Source of the DNA: Promethearchaeia archaeon
GTDB taxonomy: Archaea > Asgardarchaeota > Lokiarchaeia > Sigyniarchaeales > SOKP01
Direction: 5' to 3'
Length of the DNA: 32,000 nucleotides
NCBI GenBank assembly: GCA_046497275.1
Contig: JAWOFX010000075.1
Span: 20,295 to 52,294 of the forward strand
Shown here: positions 1 to 9,048 of the stretch, piece by piece
Position numbering within the stretch: position 1 is the stretch's first letter
How the letters are laid out: each line of letters starts with the position of its first letter
The notes under the pieces: generated by a model
Databases searched by the model: none
Seen by the model: only the letters and a program-made list of their open reading frames with translations
Told to the model about the DNA's origin: nothing
Position numbers and translations under genes: made by a program

Positions 1-56
1 TTGGTGAAGTGGAAGTTCCCGACAGTTATCTAGATGAGATATTAGAAAAATTTTAA
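1..56 (+). CDS. 3' end of a gene entering from the left edge (product unknown)
   Basis: The frame starting at nt 3 reads GEVEVPDSYLDEILEKF then TAA (54-56). It has protein-like composition and converges on the GTPase gene, but is too short to assign. Confidence 0.45.
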   Translation, partial: GEVEVPDSYLDEILEKF

Positions 57-80
57 TTAAATTGAAGAAAATTCACGCGT

Positions 81-2063
81 TTAATCCTTAAGGAATGCTT
101 CTAATTCTTTAATTTCTCTATTAATATTTTGTTCCAACGCATCTAATCTGCTCTTTTTCTCATGTAATTCTTCAGCGGTTATTTCCCCTGAAAGTTCTTG
201 CATTTCGAAATCTAAACCCATTTTTGAAACTCTTGCTTTTTTAATTTTTAAATCCATCAGCTCTTTTTTAAGTTGTTTCTTTTGTTCTTCAGAGGCTCCT
301 GTAGGTAAAGAGCTTGCTATTGTTGGTTGAATTTCTTCTTCTGGTGGTTTTTCAAGTTCTGAAGGAGGTTCTGTACCCCTAGCTTTATCTGTTTTAATTT
401 CTTTTTTAATTGGTGGAGAAACGATCTCCTCTTTTTTAATTTCTTGTTTTGGAACTTCTTTAACATCCAATGATTTTTGCAATTCTTCATTAGGTTGTAG
501 TTGTCTATCTGCAATTTCAGGATTTGCTACATGTCCATATGCAGAGGTCTTTAATTTCTTTTTTGCGTCTTTTGGAACTGTTCCAACTGTCTTAGGTTTT
601 TGTTTAATCATAAAATCTTCAGGATTTAATTTTAATCCCAAATCACTCTCAACCTTAGTAGGTTGCGTTATTGGAATTTCTTTATCTTCTATTCCCTCTG
701 GGACACTCTCTGGCTCTGGAGATTTCATTTCCTTCTCTTCCTTGCGTGGAAGAGGCTTAATTCTTGGTTTTGAAGCCTCTATATCTTCTTGTGGTGCTTC
801 CATTGGCTCCTCGATTTCTTCTGGTTTCTCAATAGTTTTCTCATCATATTGTACTTTAGGTCTCTTTTCCTCCTCTAGCGTCTCCTCTTCAATTATTTGC
901 TCTTTTTGTATTTCCTCTTCCATTTGCTCTTCAAGTAGCTGCACTCCTTCTACTTTCTCCTCTTCAATCTCTTTCTCTTCTACTGGTAATTCTTCTTTAA
1001 CTACTTTTTTCTCTTCGCCACCCAATCCCGAAAGTTGTGCTTTTATTTTTTTTCCTTTATTATAAAATTCCTGACTTAGCGAATCATCACCTAAATCAAT
1101 ACATAAATCGCTTATCTCTTCAAATAAATCTGCTGCTCTAGCAAAATCAGCATTTTCCAAAGCTTCTTGAGCTTCTTTCATTTTTTCATCTCGTTCTAAT
1201 AAGGGCTTCAATAATGGGGATATTTCAGTATTCATTTCTAAAATATCTGCTATGATTTTTATCATCTTATCCCTGTTGTCAGGATCAATAGCTATCATTG
1301 AATACGCCTTCAACCCCAATATATCCTCGATTTTATTAGGTTTTAATGCTTTTTCCAAATCCTGTTTATTCGCTATCACTGCTGAATGAGCGTTAGGTGC
1401 TTGTTCTTTAATAAGTTCTAAGAAGAATTTACTTTTTTCAACATTTTCTAAAGTTGAATCTGTAATCAATAATGCAGCATCACTTCCTTTAATGAAGTTA
1501 GACCATAAATAACTGAATTGTTCTTGTCCAGCAAAATCCCATAAGTGGAAGTGCAATTTTCCAATCCTAATCGTTGCGATATCCCCAGTTATCGTAGGAA
1601 TATGTTGCATTGGAATTTCTTCCGCTTTGATTAGTCTTGTTATCGTAGTTTTACCCACTCCAGAAAAACCAATTAAAGAGATTTTAGGACGAAGATTTCT
1701 ATGAATCGCATCAACTGTTGGATCAAATACTTCAAATGTTTTTGTATCAAACTTATGTTGGAGAATATCATCAAAAAGATTTAAAAACTCTTTTCTGCAT
1801 CTCCGTAATTCTTTTTTAATGTCCTCGAAATTATCTGTAAGACCTGTAACAAATAAAAATAATAATTTAAGGTCTTTATCGGTTATATATGAGATCCTAT
1901 ATTTATAGAAATCATGATAATCAACCTCATCAGCAGTTTTGCTGAATGCCTCGTCTTCTATCTCATCAATCACAGATGCTAATGCTTGATCCTTCAAAGC
2001 TTTACCAAATTGTCTGTGATATAATAACTCATGTGCTTTATAGATATATACTTGTCGTAAAAT
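81..2063 (-). CDS. Longin-domain / Arf-like small GTPase fusion with helical repeat, long acidic disordered linker and C-terminal coiled coil
   Basis: GTPase motifs are G1 GFSGVGKT, G2 PTI, G3 WDFAGQ and G4 NKQD. The N-terminal ~120 aa have longin-like beta-beta-alpha-beta-beta-beta-alpha-alpha patterning. The ORF track starts at TTG 1997, but the frame is open up to ATT at 2063 (adding MLRQVYIYKAHELLYHRQFGKA), 6 nt below a GGTGA motif. Confidence 0.88.
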   Translation of the reverse strand: MLRQVYIYKAHELLYHRQFGKALKDQALASVIDEIEDEAFSKTADEVDYHDFYKYRISYITDKDLKLLFLFVTGLTDNFEDIKKELRRCRKEFLNLFDDILQHKFDTKTFEVFDPTVDAIHRNLRPKISLIGFSGVGKTTITRLIKAEEIPMQHIPTITGDIATIRIGKLHFHLWDFAGQEQFSYLWSNFIKGSDAALLITDSTLENVEKSKFFLELIKEQAPNAHSAVIANKQDLEKALKPNKIEDILGLKAYSMIAIDPDNRDKMIKIIADILEMNTEISPLLKPLLERDEKMKEAQEALENADFARAADLFEEISDLCIDLGDDSLSQEFYNKGKKIKAQLSGLGGEEKKVVKEELPVEEKEIEEEKVEGVQLLEEQMEEEIQKEQIIEEETLEEEKRPKVQYDEKTIEKPEEIEEPMEAPQEDIEASKPRIKPLPRKEEKEMKSPEPESVPEGIEDKEIPITQPTKVESDLGLKLNPEDFMIKQKPKTVGTVPKDAKKKLKTSAYGHVANPEIADRQLQPNEELQKSLDVKEVPKQEIKKEEIVSPPIKKEIKTDKARGTEPPSELEKPPEEEIQPTIASSLPTGASEEQKKQLKKELMDLKIKKARVSKMGLDFEMQELSGEITAEELHEKKSRLDALEQNINREIKELEAFLKD

Positions 2064-2069
2064 AAAAAT

Positions 2070-2074
2070 TCACC
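2070..2074 (-). promoter_or_regulatory. Shine-Dalgarno-like GGTGA for the longin-GTPase gene
   Basis: The minus strand reads TAA(stop of upstream gene)-T-GGTGA-ATTTTT-ATT-TTA-CGA. GGTGA matches the archaeal anti-SD core. Confidence 0.6.
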
Positions 2075-2075
2075 A

Positions 2076-2567
2076 TTAGCTTGAAATATATTTTATTAAA
2101 TCCTTTACTATTGAATAATTATCTTTTTTCTTTTTTTCTTCTTTCAGAGTTTCTTCCATTTGCGAAAGCTCCTTCTTGAAATCAAAATTAGAAAATTCTA
2201 TTGTTTCTTGTTTGATAATCTTGTTGCTCAAATTTTTAAGAAACATACGAATGCTTGGCATAAATTTTGCCAAATTAACATCAAGACCTAGTTTAGAAAT
2301 CAAGATCAAATCTTCACTAAATGTAAATAAATAATTATATTCTTTTGCCTCTAACGCGAAAGATGTGATCATATCAAGAGAAAGAACATTAGCAATATCG
2401 TGTCGATTTAAAATTAGTTCAAGAATTTTTTGAGGAATTACTTTTCCTTTAGAAAATTCTTCGATTGCTGACCCCAAAATAATTCCATATTTATTAGCTA
2501 TTGCGCACTCAGCGTTCAGTTCATTTTCTAATTGAGTAATTATTTCATCGTAATCTGTATCGATCAT
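2076..2567 (-). CDS. Roadblock/LC7 (MglB/LAMTOR)- or profilin-like fold protein with charged C-terminal extension
   Basis: The pattern is alpha (DEIITQLENEL), beta-hairpin (ECAIANKYGIILGS), alpha (PQKILELILNR), three strands (ITSFALEA, YNYLFTFS, LILISKL), alpha (LAKFMPSIRMFLKNL). It stops 12 nt before the proposed GTPase start. Fold is inferred by eye. Confidence 0.6.
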   Translation of the reverse strand: MIDTDYDEIITQLENELNAECAIANKYGIILGSAIEEFSKGKVIPQKILELILNRHDIANVLSLDMITSFALEAKEYNYLFTFSEDLILISKLGLDVNLAKFMPSIRMFLKNLSNKIIKQETIEFSNFDFKKELSQMEETLKEEKKKKDNYSIVKDLIKYISS

Positions 2568-2674
2568 AAATTTAAGGAATTAATGTTTTATTAATTTAAT
2601 AAAATATCATTTATTTATATTTTATCTATATTCTTTGGAATAAAAAATCCTATATAGATAATTTTTCTCTAATT
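2568..2674. promoter_or_regulatory. Divergent promoter region
   Basis: This 107-nt AT-rich gap lies between divergent genes. AAAAAATCC-TATATA (2642-2656) is BRE/TATA-like and sits ~20-25 nt before the GTG at 2675. A perfect 8-bp inverted repeat TTTTATTA-att-TAATAAAA spans 2586-2604. Confidence 0.35.
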
Positions 2675-3460
2675 GTGAAGCCTTATAAAGTTCATTTTAC
2701 TGAAAAAGAATCAGACATTACAATAATATCAGACTTAAAATCTGCCATAGCTAATGCACAAGAGGCATTTTATCGCCATAGAAAGGATTTAGAACATTAT
2801 ATTTCCAAACATAAGGATTTTTTAACTTCTTTTTCACCTGTATCTGTTAATACTTCTCTCAAAATAATAAATATTATGGCAGAGGCTGCTTATATTTGCG
2901 ATGTGGGACCAATGGCGGCAGTAGCGGGAGCATTGGCTGATCTTATGTATAAATCAATGATACAAGAAGAAGAAAAACACAAAATTCCCAAAATAGCATT
3001 AGTGGAAAATGGTGGAGAAATTATCATAGATTCAAAAAAATCCTTACGAATTGCTTTATATGCAGGTGATAATGAATTAAATCTCAATATTGGGTTTCTT
3101 ATTGAAGAATCAGATTGTCCCATTGGTGTTGCTACTAGTTCTGCTACTGTTGGTCATGCCATTAGTTTAGGAGAAGCTGATGCTGTTACAGTTTTCGCTG
3201 AAAATGCAACGCTTGCAGATGCTGCAGCTACAAAGATTGCTAATTTAGTTAAGGGAAATGATATAGAAAAGTCTATCAAAAAAGCTTTAGATACTGCTGA
3301 TGATTTACAAGAAATTAGAGGAGTGTTTATAAATCGTGAAAACAAAATTGGAAGGACAGGAAAAATACCTAAAATGATTAAAATTGAAGGAAATAAAAAT
3401 CAACTTATTCATAAAAAAGCAGAAGATTTACTTTTGAATGATTTTGACATATTTAAATGA
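2675..3460 (+). CDS. UPF0280 family protein (ApbE-like superfamily)
   Basis: Motifs GPMAAVAGA, VENGGEI, GVATSSATVGHAISLGEADAVTV and ADAAATKIAN are typical of archaeal UPF0280. GTG start. Confidence 0.88.
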   Translation: MKPYKVHFTEKESDITIISDLKSAIANAQEAFYRHRKDLEHYISKHKDFLTSFSPVSVNTSLKIINIMAEAAYICDVGPMAAVAGALADLMYKSMIQEEEKHKIPKIALVENGGEIIIDSKKSLRIALYAGDNELNLNIGFLIEESDCPIGVATSSATVGHAISLGEADAVTVFAENATLADAAATKIANLVKGNDIEKSIKKALDTADDLQEIRGVFINRENKIGRTGKIPKMIKIEGNKNQLIHKKAEDLLLNDFDIFK

Positions 3461-5717
3461 CCCAGTATATTGGTTTCTCATCTCCACTGCTTGGTTTGGA
3501 AGAATAAATTCTATTGAGATAAGATAGATTATAATATTGTTCTACTTCTTGATCAGATAATCCACTATAAAATGTCCATGTTTCGAATCTAAAATAATAT
3601 CTCGTTAAAAATAGATATACATCTGTTCCATAATCTTCTTTAATCTGCGTTAATCTATTAGTACCATTGTCATATATATGTAATTCCGGTTTCAAATATT
3701 GATCATCCATATATATAAAATAATGAATGTCTTTAGCTTCAAAATTTTTATTTGCTGCGTTATATGGATAATCATAGTAAAAGAATGGTAATCTTTCACC
3801 AAATTCTACAATAAGAATTTTTTTATCTGAACTATATTGAGAGAAATCTTGAATGGGCTTTAATTCTTTTTGCTCAAAACTAAACAATTTAGCGAAGTAA
3901 GAGATTTCTGAAATTGAAATAAAAAGAGAAATGATCATAACTGAAATTAAAAAAATTTGGATTTTTCTGTTTTTAAATAACTGTAATTTGATGAATTTAT
4001 ATAAATATGCGACGAACCCAATAGCAATAAACGGTGAAAAGAGTTCTAATATGCGTGGCCAGATAGTGCTGCTTGCAAAAAGCAGATTATAAAGAAATCC
4101 AAGTGCGAGAATTAAAGCAAATCCAACAAATAATATATATAAAAACTCTCCGCGAGAAGATTTTTGAAACCATATGAAACCCCAAGTCGCAAATATGCCA
4201 ATTAGAAGGATTTCAATAATTGTAAATAATGTCTGTATGTTTAAATTAAAAATTAGATTATTTGCAAGAAGAAAAAATGTCGTTAATATACCCATTATCA
4301 TAATAGCAAGGGGAATAACAAATTTTTTCTCTATTCTCTGCTTCTTAATTATCTGTTCTTTTTTATATTGAAAAAATATATCTTTTTTCCCAAATCTTAT
4401 CCCTCGAATAAATTTTCGAATTATTGGTATTAAAATTATAGCAACTCCACTAATCGCAATTAAGTAATAATAAAATGGAAAATTTAACGCTCCTGAAAAT
4501 CCACTTACGATACTCAATAAATGCCCTACTCCGATATTAAACCCAACAAATATGGCTAATATCACGCATAGAAAAATCAGGATTATAAAATCAAATCCTC
4601 TCCTATAATCTTTTATGAAATAAATGAGATAAACCCATATATATGCAACTAAAAAAATAGTTGTAATTAGTGAATGTGTTAAGGTGCTCCCTATAAATAA
4701 TAAAATTATTAAAATGTATGAAAATAACAAATTTTCTTTGATCTCCTTGATTGAGACATAATCAAATTCAACAAATTTTTGTCCTCGTGAGTATAAAAGA
4801 TAGAGGATCAAAAGTGATTGTAAGACTGCCAATGTTTCTGGCCAAAAGCTATTCACAATTCGAATAAAACCTAAGGACGAAAATTCTAATACAAAGACTC
4901 CAAATACAGCCAAATTTGTATTTTTAAATATCTTTTTAAAAAAGATATAGAGTAATAAACCCGATAAAAGAATAGAGTATGTTGTAAAATATCTGGGAAT
5001 CAAGAAAATGTTAATGTTTGAAAAAAAGTAATATACTGTACTATATATATGAATTCCCATTGCGCTATAATAATCTTGGGTTGGCAAATAACCTTTTATG
5101 TCTATGATTTTGATAATCATGACGTGTAGCCACGAATCAGAATTATTAAATGTACTCACTAAAGTTAAATATAGTATACATAAAAATATAAGAAAAATCG
5201 TAAGTAAAATGGCATTTAGATTATTGATAATTTTAGTTTTTAAATAACTATATAATGAAAAATCATTTTGTATTGTTTCAATTTTTTCTTTTTTTTCATC
5301 TTTATCTCTGTTATTATAATCGCTTAGGCTTTTATAATATAAAATTATAACAATTAAGATGCCATAGACTATAAGGATAAAATAAAAGAAAAATAATCCG
5401 TTAAGATAAAATCCTATCAAATTACCAAAAAATCCAATGATAATATACAAAGAGAGATTAGACATAACAGTGAAAACAAACTTTTCTAGGAGAGTTAACT
5501 TATCATTTTTTATTAAATTGAAAAATAGAGGATATGTGGGAAATAAAAGAATGATATATAATCCAATAAAATATTGAAGAATCCCCAAATTTATAATATT
5601 AGTCAAAAACAGAAGAGTTTCTAATAAAACCAACGATGAGATCATATGAAAGATTATATTGTATTTCTTTTTTATAAAATATCCAATTCCAAAAATAATC
5701 TTATCTAAATCTTTCAT
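3453..5717 (-). CDS. Large polytopic membrane protein, putative GT-C-fold glycosyltransferase (paralog A)
   Basis: 754 aa with many hydrophobic segments, DSWLH in an early loop, FWPETLA, and a ~140-aa soluble C-terminal domain ending PIYWVI. Clear paralog of 10432..12687. Confidence 0.55.
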   Translation of the reverse strand: MKDLDKIIFGIGYFIKKKYNIIFHMISSLVLLETLLFLTNIINLGILQYFIGLYIILLFPTYPLFFNLIKNDKLTLLEKFVFTVMSNLSLYIIIGFFGNLIGFYLNGLFFFYFILIVYGILIVIILYYKSLSDYNNRDKDEKKEKIETIQNDFSLYSYLKTKIINNLNAILLTIFLIFLCILYLTLVSTFNNSDSWLHVMIIKIIDIKGYLPTQDYYSAMGIHIYSTVYYFFSNINIFLIPRYFTTYSILLSGLLLYIFFKKIFKNTNLAVFGVFVLEFSSLGFIRIVNSFWPETLAVLQSLLILYLLYSRGQKFVEFDYVSIKEIKENLLFSYILIILLFIGSTLTHSLITTIFLVAYIWVYLIYFIKDYRRGFDFIILIFLCVILAIFVGFNIGVGHLLSIVSGFSGALNFPFYYYLIAISGVAIILIPIIRKFIRGIRFGKKDIFFQYKKEQIIKKQRIEKKFVIPLAIMIMGILTTFFLLANNLIFNLNIQTLFTIIEILLIGIFATWGFIWFQKSSRGEFLYILFVGFALILALGFLYNLLFASSTIWPRILELFSPFIAIGFVAYLYKFIKLQLFKNRKIQIFLISVMIISLFISISEISYFAKLFSFEQKELKPIQDFSQYSSDKKILIVEFGERLPFFYYDYPYNAANKNFEAKDIHYFIYMDDQYLKPELHIYDNGTNRLTQIKEDYGTDVYLFLTRYYFRFETWTFYSGLSDQEVEQYYNLSYLNRIYSSKPSSGDEKPIYWVI

Positions 5718-5892
5718 AATCTCTATTTCTTCCTCTTTTTTTATTCATAGTTTTGGTTTAAATTTAAATTATTCTGTTCCTTCATACTTCTAACTCATTC
5801 TAATATAATTTCATCGTATTTAACTCCTGAAAGGAAGTTATAAAATTCAATTCGCTTAATGATATCATTTTGAAATTTTCTCATTTTTTATT

Positions 5893-6855
5893 TTACTCTT
5901 CCCATTCGGTAATCCAATCATAAGTTCTTTTCAAACCCTCATCAATAGTAATTTTCGGATGATAATTGAGAAGTTTTTCTGCTTTGGTAGTATCTGAATG
6001 GGTAACATCAACATCTCCCTTTCTTTCATCAACATATTTAACATTTTTTGGTTTTTCTGCTATTTTATAGATTTTATCTACTAATTGGTTAACAGAAATT
6101 GGATTCGAGCACCCTAAATTAAAAATCTCCCCGTTTGTTGATTTTTTTTCTGCTGAAAGAATTAAGCCATTTATAATATCAGAAATGTAAGTAAAGTCTC
6201 TTAATTGTTCCCCGTCTCCATAAATTAATATCTTCTCATCATTAAGTACAAGATGAAAAAATTTTCTTATTGCCATATCAGGTCTTCCTCGCGGACCATA
6301 GACAGTGTAAAATCTATTTGAAGTCACTGGTAAATTATATTCTCGATAGTAATAATCTGCATATATTTCACCTGTTAACTTTGATATCGCATAAGGAGAT
6401 ATTGGAGATTTAGGGTGCTCCTCATCTACAGGAGTATATTCTGGATTTCCATACACTGATGAAGAAGAGGCATATATTATCTTTTCAACTTCATTTTTCA
6501 CCGCATACTCAAAGATTTTTACTGTACTTGTTATATTATTATGAGATACTTCACTAGCATTTTCTATGGAATAGCGCACCCCTGCTTGAGCGGCTAAATG
6601 AAATATTATATCGATTCCGTCCTCCAATTGGTCATAAGTAGAATCTTTTAAAAGATCACATCTTAATAGGGAATAATCTTTATTTAAAGTTAGGTGGCTT
6701 GTTAATTCTGTGAATTGTTCTTCTTTTCCACTATAATAATCATTAAAATTGTCAATTACGATCAAATGATTATTATGTTTACTTAACTCTTCGAACAAAC
6801 TTGTTCCAATAAAACCAGCCCCTCCTGTAATCAGAATACGTTTATTTTTAATCAT
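5893..6855 (-). CDS. NAD-dependent nucleotide-sugar epimerase (UDP-glucuronate/UDP-glucose 4-epimerase-like extended SDR)
   Basis: Contains TGGAGFIG, LAAQAGVRYS, SSSSVYG, YAISK and RFYTVYGPRGRPDMA (WcaG/CapI/GAE-like). Confidence 0.85.
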   Translation of the reverse strand: MIKNKRILITGGAGFIGTSLFEELSKHNNHLIVIDNFNDYYSGKEEQFTELTSHLTLNKDYSLLRCDLLKDSTYDQLEDGIDIIFHLAAQAGVRYSIENASEVSHNNITSTVKIFEYAVKNEVEKIIYASSSSVYGNPEYTPVDEEHPKSPISPYAISKLTGEIYADYYYREYNLPVTSNRFYTVYGPRGRPDMAIRKFFHLVLNDEKILIYGDGEQLRDFTYISDIINGLILSAEKKSTNGEIFNLGCSNPISVNQLVDKIYKIAEKPKNVKYVDERKGDVDVTHSDTTKAEKLLNYHPKITIDEGLKRTYDWITEWEE

Positions 6856-7044
6856 ATTAAGATCTCTTTAGTTTTATATTCTTTTTAACTAATTTCTTTT
6901 AGGCTTCAAATTACATATTTAACAATAGAAAATAAAATTTTGTAAAGTCTCCTCTACTCTTATAAATATATATGATAATCTGATAAAATATATTCATATA
7001 AATTTCAAGACAAAAATTAGAGTTATTACATAATTTTGATTTTT

Positions 7045-7836
7045 TTATTTTTTAAAAATTGATCTATATATTTTATCTACGATATTTAGAAAAGAATAAT
7101 AGGTAATTAAGATGAGAATTGAAATAATTAACTTTGGTAAATATACATAAGAAGTTCCATAACTCCTTTCACTTACTTCGATTGGGACTTCCCTAAACTT
7201 AAAATTACGAATACCCGATTTAAATAAAAGCTCTGTAGTAAAACCCATTCCTTTAAACCTTGATTTCTCGACAATCTCTTTAACATCTTTATTAAATGCC
7301 CTATAGCCACTTTGGTTGTTTTTAATGGGTTGACCAAACAATACCCACAAAACTTTATCTATTACATATTCTCCCATTCTTGTATGAAGTGGGACAGTAT
7401 AATGGCATGTTCCCATATATCTTGAGCCGACCACTATATCTGTTTCGCCTTTTATAATCGGGTTAATAATATTAGGTATTTCTTTAGGATCATGCTGTCC
7501 ATCTGAGTCCAATGTAACAATAATATCTCCCTTAGCTAATTTTATACCTGTTAATAATGCTGCTCCATAGCCTAAATTTTGAGGATGATGGATAATTCTC
7601 ACGTTTTTATCATTCAATTTTTTGGCATTCATTACGCTTTTATCCGTGGATCCATCATTAACAACTATAATTTCTTGCGATTTCCGATAGGGTATATTTC
7701 TTATTACATTTGCAATAGAATTCTCTTCATTATATAATGGTATTACTATTGATAAAAAAGTGGAATTAGGATTCTGGGTATTCGAAGATTTTTTTTGTTC
7801 AGAAATCGCGATTTGTTTTTCTTTTTTTCTCTTCAT
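7045..7836 (-). CDS. GT2 glycosyltransferase, dolichol/polyprenol-phosphate hexose synthase (DPM1-like)
   Basis: Contains IVIPLYNEE, VNDGSTD, NLGYGAAL, TLDSDGQHDP, VVGSRY and NQSGYRAF. Confidence 0.85.
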   Translation of the reverse strand: MKRKKEKQIAISEQKKSSNTQNPNSTFLSIVIPLYNEENSIANVIRNIPYRKSQEIIVVNDGSTDKSVMNAKKLNDKNVRIIHHPQNLGYGAALLTGIKLAKGDIIVTLDSDGQHDPKEIPNIINPIIKGETDIVVGSRYMGTCHYTVPLHTRMGEYVIDKVLWVLFGQPIKNNQSGYRAFNKDVKEIVEKSRFKGMGFTTELLFKSGIRNFKFREVPIEVSERSYGTSYVYLPKLIISILILITYYSFLNIVDKIYRSIFKK

Positions 7837-8099
7837 TTTATTTTGAATAGATGAGATTTTTCTCTTAATCAGGGTATAGGATAAATTTAAGAAAGGTTTT
7901 TAATAATACTCACATAGCACGCTTGAATTTCTTAGTTATCCTTTTAAAATTTTAAGTTTTATCTATTTTTGATTGTATAAATATTTAATTATAGAAAGGA
8001 AATAAATAATTAATTTTTTTCTGAATTAGTGTAGAATTCAAAATTTCCTATTTAATAATTCATTAAAAAATGATCATTTCTGGTATAACTATATTCATC

Positions 8100-8933
8100 T
8101 TAAAGATTAAGGTGTGAAAATCTAATTCGATATATATAATTAACTATTTTTGGGTACACCATGGATAATTTTAGTAAAAGGCGATAAATCTTGTTAAATA
8201 CAGAATCAGAATATCCATATTTCTCTAAGGCTTTTTCTTGAATTTTATAGGTAAACTTTATTGTATCCGAAATGCTTTTAAATTTCACTTGTTCTTTGCT
8301 TACTCGATATTTAACTAAAGGGACATCAAGATTTCTAAGTTTCCAAAATCTCCCCACCCTCAACCAATAATCATAATCTTGGCAAACTTGCCATGTTTCA
8401 TCATAATATCCAATCTTGTCTATAACTTTTTTTCTTAAAAGAACGCATGATTGGGCAATGGGATTATACCGCATGATGACTTTTTTAATTTCTCGGTCTG
8501 TTGAGGGATAATCTCGGTGTCCAATAATCTGAGAATTTTCATCAATTAAATATTTATTACTCCCCACTAATCCATATTCAGGATGGGTTTCTAAAAATTT
8601 CACTTGTAGTTCTAATCTTTTACTAAGTGCTACATCATCACTATCTATTATTGCAAAATATTTAGCATCAGGAGAACTTAATTTAAATCCCTCATTTCGC
8701 GTTTTCACGATTTTAAGATTTTCTTTATTACGAAAAGGCTTAATTCGGTCATCTTTATTAGCGTATTTTTGAATTATCTCCCAACTTTTATCAGTAGAAC
8801 CATCATCAATTATAATATACTCAAAATTACCATAAGTTTGATTTAAAATACTCTCAATTGTCTCATGAACGACTTTTTCTCTATTATAATTTGGAGTAAA
8901 CACTGTTATAAATGGGGATTTATCAGTCATCAT
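8100..8933 (-). CDS. GT2 family glycosyltransferase (GT-A)
   Basis: Contains TPNYNRE, SILNQTY, IDDGSTD, IIDSDD and CQDYDYWLR. Confidence 0.88.
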   Translation of the reverse strand: MMTDKSPFITVFTPNYNREKVVHETIESILNQTYGNFEYIIIDDGSTDKSWEIIQKYANKDDRIKPFRNKENLKIVKTRNEGFKLSSPDAKYFAIIDSDDVALSKRLELQVKFLETHPEYGLVGSNKYLIDENSQIIGHRDYPSTDREIKKVIMRYNPIAQSCVLLRKKVIDKIGYYDETWQVCQDYDYWLRVGRFWKLRNLDVPLVKYRVSKEQVKFKSISDTIKFTYKIQEKALEKYGYSDSVFNKIYRLLLKLSMVYPKIVNYIYRIRFSHLNL

Positions 8934-9048
8934 TGTTTTATACTCAGTTATAATTTTATCAAATTCTCTCTATTTTAGAATTCTTTAATTCTATAAAATT
9001 TTAATATTTATGAATTACACCTAATCCAAAAATCTCTCACATTTCACT

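Noticed and set aside
317-514. 65-aa minus-strand ORF inside the GTPase gene
   Set aside because: It is an alternative frame of a low-complexity region with no motif or RBS.
742-1065. 107-aa Ser-rich plus-strand ORF
   Set aside because: It is the antisense shadow of the Glu-rich (GAA/GAG) linker of the GTPase gene, and its composition is fully explained by that.
2586-2604. Perfect 8-bp inverted repeat as a transcription-factor operator
   Set aside because: It is made only of A/T, occurs once, and no regulator gene is in the window. It is noted only within the promoter feature.
2890-3345. Short minus-strand ORFs antisense to UPF0280
   Set aside because: They are nested opposite a well-supported conserved gene and have no independent features.
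5821-5840. Small hairpin TAACTCCT-GAA-AGGAAGTTA between the epimerase and GT-C paralog A
   Set aside because: It has a short bulged stem with no convincing U-tract and no SECIS-like core that I could identify, so it is not distinguishable from chance.
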